DNA from: Anaerolineae bacterium
Lineage (GTDB): Bacteria; Chloroflexota; Anaerolineae; Aggregatilineales; Phototrophicaceae
Reading direction: 5' to 3'
Assembly (NCBI GenBank): GCA_034421915.1
Contig: DAOUKA010000187.1
Coordinates: forward strand, 6,776 to 70,775
DNA: 64,000 bases
Of the stretch, positions 18,777 to 26,128 are shown piece after piece (the first letter of the stretch is position 1; every line of letters starts with the position of its first letter). A program made the translations under genes and the position numbers. The notes under the pieces are model-generated. The model saw only the letters and a program-made list of their open reading frames with translations, was not told where the DNA came from and did no database searches.

Positions 18777-19628
18777 CTAGCTGTCTTCCGACTGGTCGAA
18801 TACGGAAAGATCAATGGGCTGAAAGCTGGTGATGACCAGGACAAATTCGAGCACATCAAAGTCGATGAGACTGCGGACTTCGGCCTCTTGAAACAGTTCA
18901 AACTCGAATTGGCGGATGCTGGTCACTTGTCCAACGACAATATCAGGCGGGAAATTGCCGCCGAGGCCGGATGTAATCACGAGATCGCTCTGGATGATGT
19001 CCTCGTCCAGGTCAATGAAGGTCATGCGCAGCACGCCCGATGCCTGACCGATGATGCTGCCTTCGGCGCGGGTCGTTTGCAGCCGTGAACTCACGGAACT
19101 GTTTTCGTCATTGATAAGCTGCACCTGGGCAGCATTGGCGCTGACGTGGACAACCCGGCCAACCAGCCCCAAATCCGTAGCGACTGGCATGCCAATCCCG
19201 ATGCCGTCACGGGTGCCGCGGTTGATAATAATGTGCCGCGCGATGCCGCTCTGTTCATGCGCGATGACATCAGCCGTCAGAAATTCGATGTTTTCGAGCG
19301 CAGTTGTGTAGGACAGCAGGCTGGTGAGGCGGTCATAGTCGCTGGCGGCTTCGCGCAGCTGGATGATTTCAATCTGGCGGCTGGCAAGCTGCTCTTCCAA
19401 AGCGGCAATGCGACCGCGCAGCTGCCCCAGGCTGTTCAGTTCTTCGACGGCCTGGTTAAATGCCAGCGAGAGACGGTTCAACGCGCCCGATACCCCGTGC
19501 AGAGGCGCGGCCATGATGTCCTCAGCGGGTGTGAGAATGCCAGCTATACCAAGCAGCATCAAGCCGCCGCACAGCCCCAGCATCAATATCAGCAACATAA
19601 AACGGTTGGGACGTCCGCCCTGCCTCAA
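18777..19628 (-). CDS. mreC: rod shape-determining protein MreC
   Basis: N-terminal TM segment, a coiled-coil (LRGRIAALEEQLASRQ), then beta-barrel repeats (GMPVATDLGLVGRVVHVSANAAQVQLI; LVITSGLGGNFPPDIVVGQV). Confidence 0.85.
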   Translation of the reverse strand: MRQGGRPNRFMLLILMLGLCGGLMLLGIAGILTPAEDIMAAPLHGVSGALNRLSLAFNQAVEELNSLGQLRGRIAALEEQLASRQIEIIQLREAASDYDRLTSLLSYTTALENIEFLTADVIAHEQSGIARHIIINRGTRDGIGIGMPVATDLGLVGRVVHVSANAAQVQLINDENSSVSSRLQTTRAEGSIIGQASGVLRMTFIDLDEDIIQSDLVITSGLGGNFPPDIVVGQVTSIRQFEFELFQEAEVRSLIDFDVLEFVLVITSFQPIDLSVFDQSEDS

Positions 19629-19810
19629 ACTTTGTTCCTCATCAAGGTTTTCATAATATCATCTTATCACAGTTTGAGGCGAATTTTCGCAGGGATAGAG
19701 TCATGATGATCTCTTTATGCAGCCTGTATTCTGCATGAACGTTTTATATGTGATTGCTCTATGACAAGGGTGGATTTCATTTGGAGAAAATTGAGCTTCA
19801 ACGGGGCAGC

Positions 19811-19846
19811 AAAAAAAGGGGCGCTTGCGTTATCACAAGCACCCCC
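19811..19846 (-). terminator. rho-independent terminator downstream of the Ser-rich gene
   Basis: Minus strand reads GGGGTGCTTG-TGATAA-CGCAAGCGCCCC followed by TTTTTTT. The stem is 10-12 bp including G-U pairs. Confidence 0.65.
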
Positions 19847-19906
19847 GTTTCAACTGTCAACTATGACTTGATATGTTTCTCAGACGGCTTTACTTATCAA
19901 CGCCAG

Positions 19907-20612
19907 CTAGTAACATTTCAGTTCCGGGTACGGGCTCATAGACGAGCAGCCAGGGGGCATCCAAATGCTCAATGGCGGCCATTTCAGGTTGCCGTCGGCG
20001 TCTTCGGCTAACCAAACCGCCCCGTCGACACCTTGGTGTTTGACTATGCGAGTCCATTTCTTGGGCGGGATGGTATTGGGCGAGTTTTCATGCGGCGGGG
20101 TTTTTGTTGGTTCTGGTGTTGGGTCTACAGATTGCGGTCCTTGTGCTGCGGATTTCTGCGGTTCTGGATCCCGCGATTCTGATGGCGGGTCGGCAGACTG
20201 CGGCTGTGATGGTGAGGATGACGACGAGGATGATCCTGACGGCGACGATGACGATGACGACGATGGGACTGAAGGCGAGGATGACGATGGCGCTGACGAC
20301 AAGGATGATCCTGACGATGAGCCTGAAGACGAGGATGATTTTGACGAGGGCGGGAAAGTCACCGTCCCCTCTTCCTGCCCCATGCACGCACTGGGCGATG
20401 ACGACACCGCGCCACTCTCAATAGCCGAAGCGCACCAGCCCAGCCGCCAGTAATACTCATTTTGAGCTTCAGCCCCCGAGTTGCAGAAATCCCAGTCGGT
20501 GTAGCATTTGTTGGGGTCTGAGTCTACTGCCCCCCCCCGACTGTGCTTGTGCCAGCAGCGTCGCACAAGCTGCGAATAAAATAACTGTAACGAACAAACG
20601 CGGTAACTTCAT
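19907..20612 (-). CDS. secreted Cys- and Ser-rich protein; signal peptide and mature part are in different frames as sequenced
   Basis: AAGGAGG-N5-ATG at 20612 encodes MKLPRLFVTVILFAACATLLAQAQS. ORF 19907..20566 encodes the rest: 6 Cys, a long S-rich linker and a C-terminal domain. The frames meet at the G9 run. Confidence 0.6.
20530..20538 (-). repeat. G9 homopolymer (C9 on the plus strand)
   Basis: Counted directly in the sequence: ...actgCCCCCCCCCgactg... Confidence 0.95.
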
Positions 20613-20737
20613 TGATGCCTCCTTGACAAGCAAGATTGATTAAATGAATGATGGCGCCATTGATATGCTCGGCACTTTCATACACAGCACATTATAAACT
20701 GACCCGACAGCAAATGTCAAATCAGTTATTAGGGCGA

Positions 20738-21799
20738 TTAGTGACGGGTGCTGCCGCGTTCGGGACCTGTGAGCAGGCGGCGCAGATTGTTGTAGTCTTC
20801 CAGGATGCGCCCGGCACCGCGTGCAACGCAGGTCATGGTATCATCGGCTACCCGCGAGCGGATATTGACCTCTTCTTTAAGCCGCTTGTCCAAACCGCGC
20901 AGCTGTCCGCCGCCGCCAGCAAGGGTAATGCCGCTTTCCATCAGGTCGGCGACCAGTTCGGGCGGGGTATCATCGAGCGCATCCTTGACGGTATCAATGA
21001 TAATGTTGACCGAGCCGCTGATTGCCTCGCGAATTTCAATCGAGCTTACTTCCACTGAATCGGGCAGGCCGGTGGTGAGGTTGCGCCCTTTGACCAGATA
21101 TGTCCGCTCTTGTGGCAGCGGATAAGCAGAGCCGATGTCAATTTTCGCCTTTTCGGCGGTGGGCTCGCCAATGAGGAGGTTATGTTTATTGCGCAAATGC
21201 CGCACAATATCCTCGTCCATTTCGTCGCCGGCGACCCGTATGGACCGACTGATGACGATGCCGCCCAGCGAAAACAAGGCGACCTCGGTCGTGCCGCCGC
21301 CAATATCAACGACCATGCTGCCGCGGGTTTCCAGGACGGGCAGGTTAGCGCCGATGGCCGCCGCCACAGGTTCTTCAATCAGGTGTGCCTCGCGGGCGCC
21401 AGCTTCCAGCGTGGCTTCGATGACGGCGCGTTTTTCGACTTCGGTGACACCGCTGGGTATGCCGACGACCACCCGCGGGCGCGGGACTGGCACCCAGCTT
21501 TGTTCGTGTGCCTTGCGGATGAGATAATCAAGCATGCGGGCGGTAATTTCGTATTCACTGATGACGCCATCGCGCACGGGACGCACAATGAGAACATCTT
21601 TCGGATTTTTGCTCCACATCTCTTTGGCGCGGGCGCCGACCTCCAAAGGCTTTCGGGTCTTGCGGTCAATGGCGACGAACGAGGGCTCATTGATGACAAT
21701 GCCTTTGCCGCGCACATAGACCAGAGTATATGCCGTACCTAAATCAATGCCTATATCGAGCGAAAATAACCCGAAAAGAAAATCCAAGGGACTAAGCAC
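20738..21799 (-). CDS. mreB: rod shape-determining actin homologue MreB
   Basis: IGIDLGTAYTLVYV, VVDIGGGTTEVALFSLGG and ITLAGGGGQLRGLD. GTG start follows GGGAG. Confidence 0.95.
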   Translation of the reverse strand: MLSPLDFLFGLFSLDIGIDLGTAYTLVYVRGKGIVINEPSFVAIDRKTRKPLEVGARAKEMWSKNPKDVLIVRPVRDGVISEYEITARMLDYLIRKAHEQSWVPVPRPRVVVGIPSGVTEVEKRAVIEATLEAGAREAHLIEEPVAAAIGANLPVLETRGSMVVDIGGGTTEVALFSLGGIVISRSIRVAGDEMDEDIVRHLRNKHNLLIGEPTAEKAKIDIGSAYPLPQERTYLVKGRNLTTGLPDSVEVSSIEIREAISGSVNIIIDTVKDALDDTPPELVADLMESGITLAGGGGQLRGLDKRLKEEVNIRSRVADDTMTCVARGAGRILEDYNNLRRLLTGPERGSTRH

Positions 21800-21831
21800 A
21801 AAGGACTCCCAAGTGGAATTGGAACGCGGGC

Positions 21832-21840
21832 ATTATAACA
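21832..21840 (-). promoter_or_regulatory. extended -10 element TGTTATAAT upstream of mreB
   Basis: Read on the minus strand, about 33 nt upstream of GTG 21799. Confidence 0.4.
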
Positions 21841-22004
21841 CAGATTATGCCAGCGAATACGAGCCAAATAGACAGCCTGACGCGGACAGCTGCAAAAACG
21901 CAGGCATACTGCGCCGCGAAAACGATAGTTATTCCCAAGATAGCGGCTGTCCGCTATGATAAACACCATCATCGCATTGAGATTTTGCCTGCCTGAAGGC
22001 GACA

Positions 22005-23399
22005 ATGACCCCGAAAACTGTATGGCGAACCATCCAAAAATACAAGCTGCTGGCGGCAAACCAAAGCGTGGTTGTGGCTGTATCTGGCGGTGCGGATTCG
22101 ATGGCGCTGCTTCATATCATGGTTCAGCTTCGGTCGCATTTTGGGCTTCAGCTGCATGTCGCCTCGTTGCATCATGGCATCCGCGGGCAGGCCGCGCAGG
22201 ATGATTTGGATTTTGTTCAGCAGACTGCCGAACAATGGCAGCTTCCCTATACACTGGGTCAGGCTGATGTTCCTCGGTTGGCAAGGGATGCTGGCATGGG
22301 CATGGAGGCGGCGGCGCGGCAGGCACGCTACGATTTCTTGACGCAGGTGGCGAGGCAAACCCAAAGCGAGCGCGTTGCCGTGGCGCATCATGCCAAGGAC
22401 CAGGCGGAAACCATTCTGATGCACATTGTCCGCGGCAGTGGCTTGAGCGGTTTAAGGGGGATGCGCCCGACAGCCGCCATGCCCGGCCATCCCGGCATCA
22501 TCTTGATTCGGCCTCTGCTGGAGATGCCGCGCGAGGATTTGGAAGCGTACTGTGCGGCGCATGAACTTCATTTTCGTCACGATGACAGCAACGACGACAT
22601 CAGCTTGCAGCGCAATTTTATCCGTCACGAAGTGCTGAACCGATTGCAGCAGGTGAACCCTGGTGTGGTATCGGCACTGGCGCGGCTGGCCGATTCAGCC
22701 AGCGTGGACGATGCCTATCTATCATCTCAATTTGAGGCGGCGATCATGCCTCGCGTCAGTGTTGGAGACGATGGCTGGCGCATCTCAAGAGAGGTGTATG
22801 CTCAGCTGCATCCCGCCATGCAGCGCCGACTGCTGCGTGAGGCATTTCGGCAGCTTGGCGGCGGCTCGACGCTCAGCCACGAAAACACCCTGGAGCTTGT
22901 TCGCTGGGCAAAAACTGCTGCGGTGGGCGCAAGGCGCGATTTGGGAGGGGCGATACAGCTTCGGGCTGCTTATAAAGATCTGTGTATCGAGCATCCATCG
23001 GCGCTAATGATGGATAAACCTTATCGTTTGATTGCGCCCGATACGAATATCACGCTGCCCCTGCCATCCTGCCTGACCTTGAATCGCATTACTATCCAGA
23101 TTTCCCTTGAAAAGGAGGCGGGTGAGGGTGGCATTTTGCTGCCAGTCGATGTGGCGCTGTGCCTGCGAACGCGGCGGGCAGGCGAGCGATTCAAGCCCAA
23201 AGGCATGGGCGGAAAATCACGAAAAATCAAGGATTGGATGATTGACCGCAAGATTCCCCGTCAAATTCGTCATCAGATTCCTCTTATCAGCGCCAATGAC
23301 GAGGTGATTGCGATTTGTGTAGGGGCTACTTGGCATCTGGCGGATTTGCTGCGGTTCAAAATCCATGAGAAGGACGGAATCTACCTGATGCTGGATTGA
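22005..23399 (+). CDS. tilS: tRNA(Ile)-lysidine synthase
   Basis: PP-loop VAVSGGADSMALLH; 464 aa with TilS substrate-binding and C-terminal domains. Confidence 0.9.
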   Translation: MTPKTVWRTIQKYKLLAANQSVVVAVSGGADSMALLHIMVQLRSHFGLQLHVASLHHGIRGQAAQDDLDFVQQTAEQWQLPYTLGQADVPRLARDAGMGMEAAARQARYDFLTQVARQTQSERVAVAHHAKDQAETILMHIVRGSGLSGLRGMRPTAAMPGHPGIILIRPLLEMPREDLEAYCAAHELHFRHDDSNDDISLQRNFIRHEVLNRLQQVNPGVVSALARLADSASVDDAYLSSQFEAAIMPRVSVGDDGWRISREVYAQLHPAMQRRLLREAFRQLGGGSTLSHENTLELVRWAKTAAVGARRDLGGAIQLRAAYKDLCIEHPSALMMDKPYRLIAPDTNITLPLPSCLTLNRITIQISLEKEAGEGGILLPVDVALCLRTRRAGERFKPKGMGGKSRKIKDWMIDRKIPRQIRHQIPLISANDEVIAICVGATWHLADLLRFKIHEKDGIYLMLD

Positions 23400-23522
23400 T
23401 TTGCGTCTATGGATACAGGGCAGCATGAAGCGATTTGCTCCGTTTCTGAAAGTGTAATATGCTATAGTTGAGGAAAAGTTTAGACATCAATGAAAGTGCC
23501 GCAAAGCCGAAGGGAAGGGGCG

Positions 23523-24368
23523 ATGTCCGAAAGTCAGCCTGCTTATGTGCTGGTTGTGGATACCGATGGCGCCAATCGGTATTCGGTGAGCAGAGCCTTG
23601 CAGCGTGATGGTTATGTCGTCGATGGGGCGGCGGGCGGTCAAGATGCCCTTGAGCGCATCGACAGGCATGAGTTCGACCTGGTGCTGACTGAAATTGAGA
23701 TGCCGGGCATGGATGGGATTGAATTGCTGCGGCAAATCAAAGCGAGAACACCTGAAGTTGTTGTCATCCTGATAACGGGTTTTGCCAGCCTTGAAACGGC
23801 TGTTGAGGCGCTGCGGCTGGATGCTTGCGACTACCTGATTAAGCCCTGTTCCAGCCAGGATATATCCGCCAGCGTGGGGCGGGGCATCGAGTGGGTGCGT
23901 GACTTGAAACGCCGTCGTCGGCTGCTGGCTGCGATTAAAGGGGATATTGCTGAATTGACCCGTGAAAGTCCGAGTTCCCCTCGATTTTCTCAGGCTGTGG
24001 ACTCCGAGCGTCAAAGCCCCAAATATCAGAAAGGAAGTCCCGAACCGCCTGCCATGCGCTTGGGGCCCCTGACGGTCTTTCCGGGGCGCTACCAGATTTC
24101 GACAGGCGAAAAATCCATTGACTTGACGCCGACCGAGTTTGACCTGCTGCTGTATCTAGCGGCGCATCGCGGTCGTGTTGTATCCTGTCACGAATTGGTG
24201 CGAGAGGTCCGCGGCTATGTCGTCGCTGAAGCCGAAGCGCGGGAGGTGATGCGCCCGCATGTCAGCAACCTGCGCGGCAAACTCAAAGCTGCGGGCGAGG
24301 ATGTGGAGTTGATTATGAATGTGCGCGGCATTGGCTATCGCCTGAGCGAAGCGACCGAAGCCGAGTAG
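23523..24368 (+). CDS. OmpR/PhoB-family response regulator with a non-canonical receiver
   Basis: REC domain plus a long linker plus wHTH (LTPTEFDLLLYLAAHRGRVVSCHEL...VSNLRGKL...VRGIGYRL). The acceptor position reads DLVLTEIEMPGMDG. Start trimmed to ATG 23523, behind GGGAAGGGG. Confidence 0.85.
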   Translation: MSESQPAYVLVVDTDGANRYSVSRALQRDGYVVDGAAGGQDALERIDRHEFDLVLTEIEMPGMDGIELLRQIKARTPEVVVILITGFASLETAVEALRLDACDYLIKPCSSQDISASVGRGIEWVRDLKRRRRLLAAIKGDIAELTRESPSSPRFSQAVDSERQSPKYQKGSPEPPAMRLGPLTVFPGRYQISTGEKSIDLTPTEFDLLLYLAAHRGRVVSCHELVREVRGYVVAEAEAREVMRPHVSNLRGKLKAAGEDVELIMNVRGIGYRLSEATEAE

Positions 24369-24420
24369 TGCCGAGTCGCGTGCTTGATGAGCTTGTGCAA
24401 AGTCAATCCCTGGTGAAGCT

Positions 24421-26043
24421 ATGGTGCGTCTGGTTTTGCTGTTTTTATTTTTGGGCGTGGCCATATCGGATGCTGCGGGGGATGACCCCTTGTTTCGAGA
24501 CAGACTGTCGGAGATGACACTGGAACGCAAAATCGCGCAGATGTTCATGGTGAGCTTCTTTGGCACGCATCTGGCTGAAATTGAGAGGGACTTCCTGCGC
24601 GAGGTACAGCCTGGGGCAGTGGTTCTGTTTGGGCGCAATGTCGAATCGCCACGGCAGGTCACGGCTTTGACGAACACTTATCAGGAAACGGTTGTTGCTG
24701 CTGGCGGTGTCCCCCTGTTGATTGCTGTTGACCAGGAAGGCGGTCGCGTTCAGCGTTTGCAAGACGGCTTTACGCGCTTTCCCGCCCCCATGTTATGGAC
24801 GGCAGGCGGGAATGATGAACTGGCTTATGAGGTCGGCAGGGCGATGGCGGTTGAACTTCGCGCGGTTGGCCTCAACATGAATCTGGCGCCAGTGGCTGAC
24901 CTCAACACCCATACGGACAATCCGATAATTGGGCGGCGCTCTTTTGGCACCGAGGCGGAACTTGTTGCGCCCATTCTTACGAATTTCATACGGGGCTTGC
25001 AAGACAATGGGGTTGTGGCGACGGTCAAGCACTTTCCCGGACACGGGGATACCGCAGTGGATTCTCATCTGGAGTTGCCGATGGTCGCGCATGAACGGGG
25101 TCGATTAGAAGCGGTGGAATTGCAGCCTTTCATCGCTGCCTTTGAGGCTGGCGCTGATGTGGCTATGGTGGCGCATATCTGGCTGACTGCTTTTGACCCG
25201 CAGCCGCTTCCAGCTTCGCTGTCAGAACGTATTGTGAGCGGGCTGCTGCGGGATGAATTGGGCTATGATGGCATTGTTATGACCGATGCGCTGGACATGG
25301 ATGCGATTGATACTGCCTACAGCGCGAGCGATGCCTCGATTCGGGCGATACTGGCGGGGAATGATTTGATTGCCATCGGTGCTCATGTTGGCACAAACCG
25401 AATCAGGTCGGTCATTGGGGATGTGGCGCAGGCTGTACGCCAGGGATGGATTGCAGAAAGTCGGATTGATGCGTCTGTGCTGCGGATTTTATCTGTCAAA
25501 CAAAAATATGGCGTGCTGAACTGGCAGGCTCTTGACCCAGAAACGGTTGCCAGCCGCCTCAATCTCGCGGCGCATGATGAACTGGTGTCGCAACTGTTTG
25601 AGCAGGGTGTGACTCTGGTGGATGCTGATGACAGGATCCCGCTGCAAGGCGAGGTGCTGATGGTGTATCCGGCGACGCGCCCCAAAATCCCCGATGAGTG
25701 TGGCGGGCGCGGGAATGGCTTTGTCTATGTGGGCGTCTCGGAATCGCCTTCGGATGAGGAAATCGCCTGGGCGAAGACTGCCAGTTATGCGGCGGAAAGC
25801 ATTGTGGTTTTCACGCAGAATGCGCTCCATAATTCCCGCCAGCAGCTGTTGGTAAATGCCTTGCCGCCGCAGAAAACCATTGTGGCCGCGCTTTGGGAGC
25901 CATCGGATATGCTCGTTTTCCCCGATGCCGCTGCTTATGTCATGGGATACAGTCCGATGCTGCCTGCCACAGCAGTTATTTGTGAGGTTTTGTTGGGAAA
26001 ACGACAGGCGCAGGGCAGGCTGCCAATCAGGTATATGAACTAG
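24421..26043 (+). CDS. glycoside hydrolase family 3 (beta-N-acetylhexosaminidase/NagZ-like), secreted
   Basis: Signal peptide, KHFPGHGDT, and the GIVMTDALDM nucleophile region. Confidence 0.88.
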   Translation: MVRLVLLFLFLGVAISDAAGDDPLFRDRLSEMTLERKIAQMFMVSFFGTHLAEIERDFLREVQPGAVVLFGRNVESPRQVTALTNTYQETVVAAGGVPLLIAVDQEGGRVQRLQDGFTRFPAPMLWTAGGNDELAYEVGRAMAVELRAVGLNMNLAPVADLNTHTDNPIIGRRSFGTEAELVAPILTNFIRGLQDNGVVATVKHFPGHGDTAVDSHLELPMVAHERGRLEAVELQPFIAAFEAGADVAMVAHIWLTAFDPQPLPASLSERIVSGLLRDELGYDGIVMTDALDMDAIDTAYSASDASIRAILAGNDLIAIGAHVGTNRIRSVIGDVAQAVRQGWIAESRIDASVLRILSVKQKYGVLNWQALDPETVASRLNLAAHDELVSQLFEQGVTLVDADDRIPLQGEVLMVYPATRPKIPDECGGRGNGFVYVGVSESPSDEEIAWAKTASYAAESIVVFTQNALHNSRQQLLVNALPPQKTIVAALWEPSDMLVFPDAAAYVMGYSPMLPATAVICEVLLGKRQAQGRLPIRYMN

Positions 26044-26128
26044 GCGATGCAGCAGATGTTGCGTTATAATGGGGCAGTGTGCCAATTCATCTTCGATACA
26101 CATGGAATACATAGGACACAGATAATCA

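Noticed and set aside
19965-20453. A plus-strand ORF encoding an extremely acidic D/E-rich peptide (DGEDDDEDDPDGDDDDDDDG...).
   Set aside because: It is the mirror image of the Ser-rich coding repeats on the minus strand. The minus-strand gene has an RBS, a signal peptide and a terminator, and the plus-strand ORF has none of these.
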